A stretch of DNA of 64,000 bases from Oopsacas minuta (lineage: Eukaryota; Animalia; Porifera), in NCBI GenBank assembly GCA_024704765.1, contig JAKMXF010000326.1, positions 186,001-250,000 on the forward strand, in the 5' to 3' direction. Under the pieces are notes generated by a model. The model was not told where the DNA came from. It did not search any database and was given only the letters and a program-made list of their open reading frames with translations. The position numbers and the translations under genes were made by a program. Below, one piece after another: positions 1 to 13,941 of the stretch. Position 1 is the stretch's first letter; every line of letters begins with the position of its first letter.

Positions 1-1316
1 AAATGCGTATTGATTATCATTTCATAGAAAAGTAGAATAAATTATAAGTTAAGTGTCCTCTCTACCTCACTAAATATTTTTCTTAGAATTGTTCGAATTC
101 TTAGAATTATTCTAAGAATTGAGTCATATTCTAAGAATTTGACTTAAGAATTTTAGTTAATAAGGCCCCTGGACTATAATGATTAAAGAACTGGGCAACA
201 AACTGAACGTATAATTGAAAAATGTGGTGGAATATTTACATACAGTAAACTCCCGAAATAACCAATTCGGATATAGCGAAACTCCCATTAAATTGATTGT
301 CTCATTAACCACTATATTATGAGATTTGGCTAATTTTTAGCCGTGCGAACTCACGCTGCGCTACTTCGTGTTTTGTTGAGGCCGGCACTTCGTGCCTCGA
401 ATTAATTTAAATAGGAACAACAGTAATTTACATATGATTAAGATGAAAGTGCGAAATTCAGATCAGCATTATCGATTACCCCAGCATAACCTTTGAAACC
501 AAGTTTCTAAGAATATATAGAAATTAGTTTACTTTACCACCTAAACAACAAAAATATTCATAATATGTTGCTGATAGTATTATATTTGGAATCAGTATGC
601 TAGATTACACCATATTAGCCATTGAAAGCTCGTTTCAAGGACTAATTAGAAAGTTGTTTACTATATAGAAAAGAACAACAACAAATGTTCACGATAGGTT
701 ATTGCACCAGTTGCAAGATTTAGAATTATCGTACTCATTACCCCATAAAGCCATAATATTCGTTGAAACGAATTCTCTAGCCCTATTTTGAAACATCTTC
801 GAAAGGTATGAAAATATGATTAATGTTATGGCCACGAATATTCATCACATCTTGTTCATAATATCATATCCGGAATCAGCATAACCGATTATCCCAATGT
901 AATTCTTTTCAAAAACAATCGGCAAAAAAGAGAATGGTCACTATATCTATAGGTTCAAAAGTGGGTTCAACCAACAGCCCAGATAGTTTTATATTACTTT
1001 GAATCACAAAATACCTTTAAAAATATTAAAAACATAAGTGGCACAGATTAACGATGTTGGTATTTTTTAACATCCTGAATTTAAATGAACCAAAGTGGCA
1101 ATCACAGTGATTAAAGCATTTAGTTTTCGTAGCATTCCGAAAACCTAACTCAATTTCAAGAATCTAATAATTCAATTCTAACTAGTACTTAAGGTGAAGC
1201 CCGCGAAATGTAGACCGAATAGCGATAGTCTAGTCTAATATATAATGATATCCGAATATTAATTTTCCATCAAAAATTAAAAAAATAACAGTTAACTTCA
1301 TATAAATTCAAACTTA

Positions 1317-2192
1317 CTAGTCAGAAAAAAGCTGTGAATCAATGGGTTCATAAACTTGATGCAAAGATTCAAGTAAGTCTGCAACTTGTTTCAGATTACT
1401 GACGCCAACAAGCATTTGATTTAACAAATGTTCAGCTTCTATACCAGATATTCGAATTTTGGCACTAATGGCCTGGGTTTGTTCCTGATAAAATTCACGA
1501 AGAGAATGTTTGTTTTGACGCTTAAATCTGCTAAATTCTGAATTAAGTTTCTCAAATCGATTTTCAGCAAGAATCGCACGTTTATTTGCTTTAGCGAGGT
1601 GATCCTCTACATTGTGTATAACTTGTTCTAATGCCTTAGTTTCTTGAGAGTCTTTTAATTGCAATTCTTGGAGTTTCACGGATAAAGATAAATTTTTTCC
1701 CTCTAAATCTTGAATTTGACGTTTAAGTGAAAAATTTTCAATTTTCAAATCAGAATCCTCAGAATTAGGTTTCAAAATTCCATCTGATGAATTGAAAACA
1801 TTATTTTGAGTATTCTGAAATATATCGGAATAATCAACATTTGTTGATGCTAAGGGTAAAGCAGCTAGAGTTTTCGGTACGGAATATTGAGGTTGGATAA
1901 ACTTCTTATAAGAAAATGGATTATCTACGGAGTTAAATGTAGATTCAGGAGTAGCAAAATTATTGGCAGCTTCAGTAGTAGAAATTGATTTAAGCCTAGA
2001 AATATCTTTAGAGGATGCTTCTGATTCAGGCAAATGATCAAATTCTTTCTGATATAAATTAGGATCAGCTTTTTTACAAACAAATGATTGAAATGAAAAG
2101 GGATTATCTGAAGAAATTTGGTCTTCCAGGGTATCCGTGGTTATATTCGAGCCTTCCCTAATTATTTCATCAAGAACACTATCCATAGACAT
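1317..2192 (-). CDS. ENTR1: Endosome-associated trafficking regulator 1 (ENTR1/SDCCAG3)-like protein, single exon, 291 aa
   Basis: Uninterrupted ORF with two NPFS[FY]xxF motifs (DNPFSFQSFV, DNPFSYKKFI), a low-complexity middle and a C-terminal coiled coil (ENFSLKRQIQDLE...AKANKRAILAENRFEKL...AEHLLNQMLVGVSNLKQVADLLESL), matching my recollection of the ENTR1 layout. Confidence 0.75.
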   Translation of the reverse strand: MSMDSVLDEIIREGSNITTDTLEDQISSDNPFSFQSFVCKKADPNLYQKEFDHLPESEASSKDISRLKSISTTEAANNFATPESTFNSVDNPFSYKKFIQPQYSVPKTLAALPLASTNVDYSDIFQNTQNNVFNSSDGILKPNSEDSDLKIENFSLKRQIQDLEGKNLSLSVKLQELQLKDSQETKALEQVIHNVEDHLAKANKRAILAENRFEKLNSEFSRFKRQNKHSLREFYQEQTQAISAKIRISGIEAEHLLNQMLVGVSNLKQVADLLESLHQVYEPIDSQLFSD

Positions 2193-3699
2193 AAATAGCA
2201 GAATTAGTCGAAAATATAGAGTCCTGAAGAACAGACAAAATTGAAGTTAGAAAATGTAGGCTTACAAGGTACGAACGTAATTGGGCTAACGGCAGTGTTT
2301 CCCCCGAAGCGCGTTGAGCACATTCCACATTGAATGAGGCGCTTAGAATATCTAGCTGCGTTAAACTGAAAAGTATATGCTCAGGGTTTAGTGCATATTT
2401 AAGCGACAGACACGCCACACAATCCCCAAATGAGCGCTTTCCAAAAATACTGTTGAAACGCTGGCTACAGACATAGGGGTAATGCACCTATCATGATTGT
2501 CCCCACTATAGGCGGAACTAGGGCAATTTTGAGTGGGCACGTGCCCACTCAGATTTGACTACACCATCATACCAGAAGTTAAGGGCGGGTGGACATGAAG
2601 TCACCTACGCCCAGCGTAATGGTCCCTTCGTCCCCCGGTTCGGGCCTATATGGGTCAAAAAGGTAATGATTTGACACGAGGATTTTTCAAATTTCCAAAT
2701 CCTGGAGCATTTCAAATGTAAATGCCCATGACCTATGTAGGTCATCCTTGTGGCTAACTACGGACAAGTGAACGGTACACTTGTAATCCTATAAGTCAAG
2801 ATGTCAAATGCCCTCACAGACCCACACCTGGGGAAATCTTATCAATTCCTCCATACGTCCCCACTTATTGCAGGGGTTGGGGGAGCTGGGGACAACCATA
2901 TCATATTGATAGGTGCATGAAACCTGTGGTTTGAAACAATTTTTGAATGGTAAATGTAAACAATTCATATATTAAAAAGTACATTGTGCATGAGCTTCCC
3001 GTACTCTGTTCATAACTCAGCGCATGCAGATAATTTTGTATATTAAAATTACTAGAAAATTGATTTTTGTTTAGCAATAAACTACTTGCGTTATTTTACA
3101 ATTAATCAAGAAGATGAAATTCACACCGTTTGCCATTTCAATGATCGATCTATTGAAATTCACTTGAGGAGCGTAGTCCAATACAGTTAGGATCTTCGGC
3201 AAAAAAGATTTCAATAGAATTATCTGAACATGATTGTTACAACAGGTGGCGATGCGTCGAAAGCATATACTCGTAAAATGTATTCTGTCTTCAATTCTCA
3301 GGGTATACCAAAGGAAAATTGCATATAATTATCTGTGGATCAGTAAACTTTGGAATTCACAACTCTATTGCATCAAGAGTACTAGCAAAAAATGGTTTAT
3401 ATATTGTGATGTGCGCATGTCATTACTACATAATACAGCCTCAAGCTCTGCATTGAAATATGCTTGTACTGTAATCTTTGACATTTCTTCTGGTATTTAT
3501 AAAAATATTTATCAAAGTAAAAGAGAAAGACAAAATTAGGTGAACATTGTGTGAGTTCAATCTACGTAGAAAGAAGGGATAAATGCTATCTCGATAAGAT
3601 AAATAAGTTAGAGAAAGTAGTTCAACGTTTGCTGAAAATTATTATTGTTCTATATTCAAATTTTCGTAGAAACTATCCATGAAGAGAGGATCATGAAAA

Positions 3700-4900
3700 C
3701 CAAGAATAATTTTATCAACCCCATGGCTGAAATATATTTGCTCGTTTTCTAAGGTGCTACATTTCCACTCTTTACAAAATTGAATTTAATGTTTCAAAGA
3801 GCCGACCCTATAGTATTTTATTGCATCACCAGTTCAGTTCATTTCTTCACAATCTGCTCAGCTGTTACATTTCCTGTTCATATGTAGCCAGAAAATTATA
3901 TAAAGCACAAGGAGTATGAAATTGCAGAAATACAATATACAAATTATTGCTAACATTTACATTGGTTTGTTAACAAGATCTAAATGGAATACCATGAATC
4001 ATAGTGGCTTTGAGAAAAACTAGATATTTTCATTAATGAATTAAGTTCATTGTATGTATCTGCTAGGCAATACGCTATCTATCGTCTTCCTTTCGAAGAT
4101 GAAGTAATCAAATACATATGATTCAAAAAAAGATTGGGAGCTTGTTGTGCATAAGTTAACTAGTTTCTCATAATACCTAGATCTTCAAACTTTTAGCGAT
4201 ATACAATCCCAAGAAAAATTAGATTCAGTTTTTAGATTACCAAACGATGCCTAGTGATGCTATATCCGATGGTGTTAGCACTGAAGCTATCCTTTGTGGG
4301 AAATTGTTATGAAGAAGATTATACTAACAATTGGATATTTTGTGGGCTTTTTTGAGTTCATTAAGAGATAACTTAATGAATTAATTGCGGTTTTCTTTCT
4401 TGAATAAGCACAGTGGGCATTTGGGCCGAAATAGTCATAATTATATTATTCTAGACCTATTATTCAATTACCTTATTGAATTCAGTATCTTCAACCTAGA
4501 AATACCTAATTTGATCTCCTGAATAAACAAGTGTATTGGTTTTTCTGTTGATGAAAGCTAGCATATTTCTGGTGATCAGAATTTCGGTTCTGCTGTTTAT
4601 CAAAGTTGTTGAAGTTTCATTGTTGTATTTTAGCACTTGTAACTTAGAAAGATGAAATTATTGACCTAATATTTGCTATGATTAATCTCTTTTAGTTTCT
4701 TTCAACTGATTCTAGAGACCAAACATTTGTCTTGAAAGTGTTAAAAATGGATTATTTACACCAAACAAAATGAGATATTTCTCTCCCTTCCTGCCCGAGA
4801 TGCCATGTATCGATTGAAATTGATAGTTTGTGAATAAGCACATCTTATCATAACGTATTTGATGTACTGCACTAACTAGGGTGGAATTAGACACTGGAAA
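3700..4900 (-). pseudogene. Highly decayed transposase-like remnant, possibly MULE
   Basis: Stop-riddled minus-strand fragments such as IHGISGRKGEKYLILFGVNNP...MLAFINRKT weakly resemble the MULE D1 region. No TIRs found. Confidence 0.25.
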
Positions 4901-5409
4901 CTAGAACCCCCCAAATTTCCCCCTTGTTTCAAAAACTTTGATAAACTTAATGGGTTGCCTTTATTTACAAATTATATCACCATAAATATAATGTCTACCA
5001 TTATATCACAAATACGCCAAAACGTGTAAAATACTGCTAATACATAAAGTTTGATGTTCCAATCGATTTCATACTATCTAGTTGTTACAAATGTAATATT
5101 TGGCGTATGGCTATTATATGCATGCCTATTTCCGCTTAAAACACCCATTTATGCACATTGTGAATGAGAGCAAAACTAGTACAAGAAATCTGTTTACCAA
5201 CGATGGGACTCTTTCTAGTTTACTTGCCATTAAATTGGCCAAACCTGAGCCATCTTATAAGTTTGAGTCAAGTGGACTTGATAATACGACCACAGAAAGT
5301 TACAAAAGAATATAACGAGGAAGACTAGCTAGTATTCTCTTTTAGTATTAGTCTTGAATCAGTGAATGTATAATTTACCCCACATGCATTGATGCATAAT
5401 AGATAGTTT

Positions 5410-6040
5410 ATAATGTTAAATAAGCCTGATTGCGAACTACGTAATATATGACTGGAAACTAAAATAATTTTCTGGACCAGGGATAAATTAGAATTGAATC
5501 GTAGTTGATTCGAAGTCAATAACTCGTGATATTAGAAAGTATCCTGAGCTATAATCAAGTTTATGATATGATGAATCACGCATTCCACAAATAGAAAATA
5601 TTTTCAGGTTGACAAGACGTCATAAGATCGCCTAATAAGCTGATAAGTTGGAAAAATGATATCGCTATAAAACGGATATTTTGATCATGTTCTCAAGATA
5701 AAAGTCTGTATAAATATAATTCGAATATTAAATAATATAACTTTGAATTCAAAGATCAATAATTTGCGTATTATAGCGTTAGCATTTTCCAACATATCAA
5801 CCTATTAGATCACATGGCGTCATTTCGACCTGAAAATATTTTCTTCATGTGGAATATGCAGTTCATCACATCACATTTGTGAAACTTAATGGTAGCTTCA
5901 GAATAATGCTAATATTATGAATTATTGACTTCGAATCAAATTTACTGCATTTCGTATATATCCCTGGTCCAGAAAATAATTGTGGTTTCCAGTCCTTATA
6001 TCACGTGGTTCACGGCTTGATTTTTAGTATTTCTGCAAAT
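5410..6040. repeat. Diverged long inverted repeat (foldback-type non-autonomous element), about 630 bp
   Basis: 5440-5540 (gactggaaactaaaataattttctggaccagggata...gattcgaagtcaataa) is the imperfect reverse complement of about 5910-6000. Inner arms 5590-5670 and 5765-5845 also pair (gaaaatattttcaggttga / cgacctgaaaatattttc). The centre is near 5720. Confidence 0.75.
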
Positions 6041-7567
6041 TCTTTACCAAAAATAGATATGTGGCAAAGAATTATTGGCTGGAAGCTAAATCTAACCCTT
6101 ACATGTTGCTAAAAGGTTACAAACGTATATTTATAAGTACTTAACGCGTACTTTAGCGCCCTCACCTTTTCTACGCGCTGGAAACTTTTACAACTAAACT
6201 CGATATTTTCTTTGCCAACAACCAATTGAGGATTTTTTATCACGCTTTTCTTTTATGCATATCCACGTGCTTCCATCAATTAGATCCATACAATTGACCT
6301 ACAAACTGGAATTCACACTCAATTATATGATATTATCCGTGAAGGAAACCCAATCCGAGCACATTTTTCAGATTTGGTAACCTCTACGAATAATATCAAA
6401 TAGTTAGAAAGCGTGAATACACATTTAATGATTTTATACACAATAAATTACCAAAATTAACTTTCAAAATGGAAAAACAGACATCAATGAATAACAATAT
6501 AAAATATGTATTATTATACTTGTTATTATTACTCAAAGACCAAATAGATTTATTTTTAAGTTTTTGATTTCTATTTCTTTGAAAATCAAGGCTATTTTCT
6601 AAAAATTGGAGATCTATTTGGTGGAATCCAATTATCACCTATACCGTGACTTTAATCAAGACGAATCTGTAATTGATTTCCAGGCTTCTGAGGTCACCTT
6701 TTGTACCACCCAAGAACAAGAAGGTCTACCTCGGTCAACTGAAGTCAGGTATCCGATAAGATCTCCTTTTGTCTCTCCTTCCAATAGTTCACGTTCGATC
6801 AGACCGAAAATCCTCCACAATCCCCATCTCTTGATTCTCCTTCTGCATGCTCCGATTTATCTCCAGAGCAGTCTAGATCGGAGCTTCCACTTGCATTCTC
6901 CTCGCAGGAGTTATGTCCACAGCTAAGTACATTATGTGATACTTCACAGGGATTGGACTTCCCAATTCTGCGTAATTTGTTGTTCTTTGCACTATAAATA
7001 CAATAATGATCCACTTCCAACGAAGAAGTTAGCAACCAAATCGAAGAAAAATATATATTACAACCTGCACCGACAGCTTTGTTTATTAAATTCATTTTGT
7101 TTAAAAAGTGGCACTATTGATTGGAGGCACTATGAAAGGTCAGGTTTAATCCCAATGTACATAGTGCCCCACATTAATAGTGCCACATTTTAAATAAATT
7201 GAATTAATAGACTAAGTTGTCGGCACAGGTTGTAATTAAACTATTTCCCGAGCGGAGCGAGGATTTCCAATACATCAAACAATATATTTACAAATTACTT
7301 AGATTATCCAGCCCATAAAATGTTCAATTTGTTTGCGATACTTATCAGTTGTCTAAAAATATTAACAGAAGGGAATACTGGAAGATTCATCGGTACAAAT
7401 TCAAGAGTGTCAAATTCGGAATCAGCGTATTGAATTAACCCCCCTTTGCTGTTTAGTACAATCTTCTACGATTATTCAAAGGTTATATAATCGGGCATAT
7501 ACATGTCTTTCAAATTATCCATGGTTAGTTTGAAAAATATATTCATAAATATAATAGAAATAATTAA

Positions 7568-7895
7568 GGGGCACATGCATTAGTCCAAATTCGTATGAGT
7601 TTATTAGTCAAAATTTCAGATGTTTGCGTTAGTCCTAATATGAAACGGTTTTAGGCCAAATTTTTGGTGATCGAATAAATGAATTCACGGGGAAAATTCG
7701 TCGCAAGGAAATATTGTCATTTACTTTTGTTATTTTGGATCAAAATACTCTCAACAACTCACCGCCTGCTCCAGATCCAACTCACGCATATATCACCAAA
7801 AATTTGGACTAATGCCGAATTTGATATTTGGACTAACGCAAACATCTGAAATGTGGACTAATGCATAAATACGAATTTGACTAACGATGCACCCC
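7568..7895. mobile_element. MITE with long imperfect TIRs (GGGG...CCCC ends)
   Basis: ggggcacatgcattagtccaaattcgtat...tttcagatgtttgcgttagtcc pairs with ggactaacgcaaacatctgaaa...atacgaatttgactaacgatgcacccc. No TSD is evident. Confidence 0.7.
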
Positions 7896-10649
7896 CAAAA
7901 TTCAAGCTACCGTTAAATTTAGATTTTCAGTGAATCCATATTATATACAACACTAGGAGTACCTATTGTTGAACAATAAACATTTAACATCTTGAACAAT
8001 AGGATTATTACCGATGAGATAGTGCTATGTAATGAATATTTTTCATTTACTTTCAGCAAAAAAACTACAACCAAAAAAATTCTAGAAGAATAAGAAGGTG
8101 CATAAGTTTTTCTCTTTCGAAGTGTGTGAAAAGTTTGGCACGTTTCCTTTCGTAATTTTTTCCTAGAGGCCAGACAACAGTTTGACCAGTGTGAAGTAGT
8201 GGAACTTGATGTCCAATTGATTAGCAAGGGGAGGAGCACACCCGGCGAATATCTTCATTATTTATCACACCATATATCACCTTAATTCTATCCAGTTTTG
8301 GCTGCAGGGCTTTTATGGAGAAAATTAAAAAAAGTAATATAAGCACCCATTTCAGTACTGGCCCACTATACTACAGTATAGTCGGCACAATGAAAAATGC
8401 TCACTTCAATAGTTTTAACTTGTTATTTTCCGAAAGTATAGCGTTGGTGAATTACAATAATGTCATCAGAATTGAAAACATGTGTGATAACTTAGCACTT
8501 TATGTTTTGAACCTTAATGCAGTGGCATCATGTGGCTTTCAAGTCTGGTTTGCACAAATCAACTGGTGGGCAACAAGTTCTAGATGAGAGTCAATGGAGC
8601 AATAAGCAATCAGTAAGGTCCAGAAGCAAAACGCACCGCAAAAGAAGACGTTGGGTTTGTAATTGGCCCAGAAAGTTGAAATTTTTCGGATCCCTTGGAG
8701 TAATTGTGCCCTGGGGCCTCGGAGCATATTTATGGGGCCCCAGTCGCACATGCTATGACAACACTGATTACAGGTAAGGGGGAAGAGCAATTTCGGGCCA
8801 TTAGTGAACACTGGACCAAAGCTATAATATTAAAGTACTATAGGGCCCGAGAAACGCCCCCTCCACCGCATATTAAATTTCCAATACTGACTCAAGATGA
8901 TTAGTCAACCTCTTTTTGCTGGTCGTTTTCATGAACTATCTGGATTTTATGGAAATCCGTACATGTATTTAGATAATGCTATCGTAAGTTCTTTGGTATT
9001 ATATTCAAATTAATGCTGTACACTAGAACTCAGATATGAAGTACTCGGCTTATGTTAAAGCATAATTTCGGTTAGTACGTACTTTTCTCACTAACGGATT
9101 TCGATTTTGTACTATTTTTGTTTCTCCGATGGGTACATATTAACCTAGTTCTATTTTGGAGATTCAAAACCATATATAGCCCCCCGTTTATTCGGTCCTA
9201 GACTCCAGAGCATTTATCAAATATTATTGCTTAAATCTTGTAGATATCCTGATAAAAAACATTTATTATAATCAAATATACACAAACACCACTGTGTGAT
9301 AAAATACAATGTCAGGATAAGTTGGAATTCCTAATAATTTACTTATATGAAAGTTTAGATTTCAATATCTCTATGAATAGATACTTCAACATATGATGAA
9401 TAACCAGAATAGTAACTGTAATTGTGAAATCTCATTTAGAGTAAAACTAATGATTCCTTGAATGTCAATTATTAATCCATATTTTTTGAATTGTATAACA
9501 AATTAATGCCAAAATTGTTTAGATTTGTAACAACCTTCAGAATATTTTTAGTTATTTGCTGTAAAATATTCAATATATACAAAAATATGTTCGATTTGAA
9601 ATTTCTAAGGAAAAAGAATAAATACCATCTCCACCATAATGGCCTAACCTTGAGGGTTGTAGGCATATTAGCCCTCTATAGGTTGGTTGCTACCCCTTAG
9701 AGTGAAAGTAATTTGTGAGTCTCGTAGTAGACCGTAGTTAAATTGAGTGGAAACGAAATTCGAAAAGATCCAATGAGTGTATTTGTTTCTTAGAATGTTT
9801 TATGAGTAGTAGAATAGAATTTTAGTCTGAAATTATATATTTCTTCCCCTCATTCCCTTTTCCAAACATGCCCACTCTAAATGATAAATAGAGGTTAATT
9901 ATTGAGTATTGGTACAAGTGTTAGTATTGCTATATAAATAACATTACCCCTTGCCATTATTGAGATTTTTACTCCTCATTTCTTCATCTGTATCTGTATG
10001 TTTCTTCTTCATCGCTCTGCGACTATAATTACACGTAGCAATGCCTTTGAAGTAAGTACTTGTGATATATATAAATCAGGATCATCTCATGATAATTTAA
10101 TGTGACTAAGATAAAAGTATCAAATATGTGATTCGAATAAAAATGACATTATACGGATAAGTATTGTTTACTAACTATGGACTGAGAAAGGAATGTACAT
10201 ACAATTCCGTTAGTAGTAGTAGCAAGACAACAAGTAAATTATTTAATTTTTAAAATAAAATATTTCAAAACTTAATGAAGATTTAATGCGGAGCGGTGCG
10301 GTTTAAACAATGTTCACTTCGGACCGGGCTCGGGCCCACCACGCAGAGGCCTGTTATGTATACAAAGATAAGAGAGTCTGTCTAACTTTTCTTTGTAGTT
10401 CACGAGTATATCTATTTTTTATTTTTAATGCATTGATAAGAGTATTTCATCATATGCAATTTATCTCAACGGCTACAATTTCAACATTCTTTCACATTAC
10501 AATTATACGTAATTCGTATTTTGCACTATTTTGCCTCCCTATTACTTACATATAAGTAGAGGAATTATTTATACTACAGTATCAACATTATGCAGTATGG
10601 AAACTAACTATTTAGATAATTACTACTAATTACAATCAATCCCTAATAC

Positions 10650-11200
10650 ATTGTCTCGAACATTTAGCTACGTCCTGGTTCTTCTTCAATCTTCTCTATT
10701 ACTCAACTATATTTCATCTACAACCTAAATTCATTTATGACCGTATTAAACTAAAAGTATGCTTCTCAAAAAGATTCAGTCAAAGAGGAAATTATTCAAT
10801 TTGACACTCTACCGCACAAGTAGACTATTTCGTAGAACACAAATAATTAAAAGATCAAGAAGTATAATGAAATTGGTAAATAAGTTCATTTTATTGGAAT
10901 CTGATCCATCAACTCATCATTATTCTACTTGTAATGAAGCCATGACCATCAATCTTTGGACTTACGCCATACCTTCTAATACTGATCGTACACAATTTAT
11001 AGGAAAATTGTCAAAGCAGATAATTGATTTATGCAGTAACATATTTCTAAGAATTACTCAACAATTGATATTTGGTTTTTCAAATATACAACACTTGATT
11101 ATACTGGCTCTATATTGTTCATTGGCATCTCAAATAGATTGAATTGGTGATTGCAATTTGTATTCAGACGATAATATTTGAAAAATTCTGTAACAGTGTG
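10650..11200 (-). pseudogene. Decayed hAT transposase C-terminal (dimerisation domain) remnant
   Basis: The minus-strand translation across frameshifts resembles PNFIILLDLLII...S...ER.SKLN, followed by IVE(W)RRLKK. Confidence 0.35.
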
Positions 11201-11252
11201 AAATAGATCTAGAGTATTAAAACGCAATTATACTGTATGTATGTATGTATGT

Positions 11253-11353
11253 AAAGTAGACTCTCATTAATATGTACACCAAGGGACTGACATAATTCGT
11301 ACTTCTTATCCGGAGTTACACCTTAACCATGCTCGTATTAACGAGACTACTTG
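11253..11353. mobile_element. pogo/Tigger-like MITE
   Basis: aagtagactctcattaata / tattaacgagactacttg inverted ends in a TA-rich (TGTA)n context; related to the 26888 copy. Confidence 0.55.
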
Positions 11354-11689
11354 TATGTAAGCCCATTCAATGCAATTATAATGGACCATGAATAATCAAA
11401 TCTTAAATTTTCTGCTATTTCGATCCCAATAATAATAATCACTGTGATCGGGAGGTGTATATCTTAGAGTATTCATGCGGCCAAGATGTCTTAAGTACCC
11501 TAAGGTATCTATAGATACCATTACAACTGGTGCATAAAGCGACAGTAGAAAAATGTATATTATACTTACTAGTATGAATAATATTGATATTAAACACTCA
11601 GGATCTAATTAAATATTGTTTCTGGATAGATTATGTAGAAATATACGAATTGCATTATGTAAAAGTCTTAGTAACACATTTGTGCGGGC

Positions 11690-13555
11690 CCTATATTGGG
11701 CACCTCTAATGTAGATACTCGTACTGCTCCATCTAAATCAGTGAATGAATATTCCGAGTCTTTGGAGGGTAGGTATGTGTCTGCTTCCGAGGCGTGTTAT
11801 CGTATCTTTGGGTATGAGCTTCATGTCAATTTGCTTCCCGAGTTAAGGTTAGCTCTGCATATCAAATTCGCCATCCAGTATTTCTCAGAGCAGGATGATC
11901 TTGAAGATGTTTGAGTAGACAACATAATAAGACTCCGGCAGGATGGTTCCTTGCAAATCTAACTTCCGGCTGAAAATGATAAAACCTAGATGAATTTTCA
12001 AATAAGTTTGTTTGGGATACGTCTAAACACGTGTGGAAGGTTAGAAAGATAGGGTACCATGATTGGCGCATGTATACTTACATCATGAAGAAGGTGAGAC
12101 TCTTTATTTGCGAATGCTCCTGAACCATGTGAATGGATGCGAATTCTATGGGGATATTGGAACTTTGGCTGATGGTACCGACTTTAGTAGCAATAAGGAG
12201 GCCCCACGCAGACTAGGACTGTTAGAATATGATAAGGAATTTGATGATTAATTTACGGGTGTGGCTGCTCCTGCTAAGGATAAGCATATGCTAAATAGTG
12301 AGTTGTTGAACACGCAGGAGCGTCTGCAACAGCAAGGGAAGTCGTTAGCAGATTTTGAGTTATTTCCATGACTAGGATTCGTAACCTCGACGAAGAACCT
12401 CGAGTAATCCAGGATGAGCTTGAACTTTGTCTTGATGTTTGGTTGGAGGATGAGCTTCACAATGTTTATCTCCTTTATGCGGAACAAATGGGAATATTTG
12501 AAGCGGTTATGGAATGTATAGATAATCATAAGGTTTGCACTAGGGTGTTCTTTATTGATGGGCCTGGTGATACAGGTAAAACATTTCTTTACAATATCCT
12601 ATTAGGTAACCGTTCAATGGGAAAGATTAACCTAGCTATGGCTTCTTCTGGAATAGCAGCTCTCTTCTTAGATGGTGGTAGGATTGTCCATTCTTGACTG
12701 AAAGTTCCTTTCTCAATCCCTGAGCATTCTGTGTATATCATCACTAAGCAGAGCACTCTAGCTCAACTTATTCAGCGCGCAACTCTCTTGGTTTGGGATG
12801 AGGCTCCTATGGCACACAAACATGTAGCTGAGTGTATAGATCGTACATCATCGAATCTTTATTCTTCCGATTTACAATTCGACAGCAAGGTTGTAGTGTT
12901 TACAGGTGACTTTCGTAAAATCCTACCAGCAATTAAACATTGAGCAGAGTGAGGTTGTATCAGGCTGTCCTCGATCCCTTCTCTGGCGTTATGTAAGATT
13001 AACATGCGTCTGCGGAAATAGTCTTCTCTACTCTCTCGAAATAGTGAATTCTCTAACTTCTAACTGAGGGTAGGGGAAAACATGGAGGACGGAGCACAAG
13101 GATGGAGATCAAATAATAGTGACATCGTGAACAACTACCAAAATCATGAGTCAATCATGTCTCCCAAAAATAAGACCTCAGGTGCGGAAGATTTTCTAAT
13201 TCCTGATTCTGTGGATGATAATCAGGCATCCACGTACCCAACATAATTGTTTGAATACTTTGAGCTGATAGGTATGCCTTCTAATCGACTGATCCTTAAA
13301 CTGTACGGGCCCATCATTGTCTTGCGTAATCTTGATCCCACTCAGGGCTTGTGAAATGGCACTCGCTTAATCATGAGATCTACCAAACGTCTTTTTGATT
13401 CGAAGGTTAGTCAGGTAGTCAGGTCGGAGTACATGACTAACTGACTACCTAGAGTTTTCATTTTTCGCATACCACTCCTAACTTCGAACGATTCTGGCAC
13501 CCGTTTACTTCGGAGTGTAGACAGCTCCATATCCAGGCTGCTTTGAGCATCCTAT
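11690..13555 (+). mobile_element. Helitron RepHel remnant, 3' half (post-Rep region and PIF1 helicase), pseudogenised
   Basis: LEGRYVSASEACYRIFGYELH; LYLRMLLNHVNG; FFIDGPGDTGKTFLYNILL (Walker A); LLVWDEAPMAHKH (Walker B); VVFTGDFRKILP; IIVLRNLDPTQGL*NGTRL. Many stops and frameshifts. Confidence 0.92.
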
Positions 13556-13941
13556 TTTATACTAACTGAAAAATTACTTGTACACAACAAATACACAATT
13601 GTATTTCGTGGAAATACGAATAATATCGAAATATGCATACGATAATATAGTTGAAGGAACTATTTGATTGTGTTAGTTGACATTTTGCTCACTAAATCGA
13701 AGAATATTTTCGAATATCAAATTTCAAGCCTGATTTTACTCATTAAATACATTATGAGCTAGGAATATATTCTATTCCTAATTGTCAGCAATTCAAATGA
13801 GAATGAGCAATTCTAATAGCAGATTCGCAATCTATGGCCGTATATTACACCAGTAACAATTTTTGACCTGATTATAGCAAGTTTTGTTGACTTCTTGTCA
13901 TTTTCATATTTGTGTCACAAGTGGTAGAAATGGCAGACCGC

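Noticed and set aside
2179-2487. 102-aa ORF overlapping the ENTR1 start
   Set aside because: No recognisable motif and a different frame; probably 5'UTR, promoter or TE-derived sequence.
6400-7100. S/P-rich coding-looking stretch (ORFs 6606-6926, 6799-7095, 6936-7193)
   Set aside because: All frames are interrupted and no family signature was recognised; possibly decayed TE cargo.
8290-8890. GC-rich ggggcccc cluster with overlapping ORFs on both strands
   Set aside because: It looks like hAT MITE subterminal sequence, but I could not pair TIRs or a TSD; the ORFs have no motifs.
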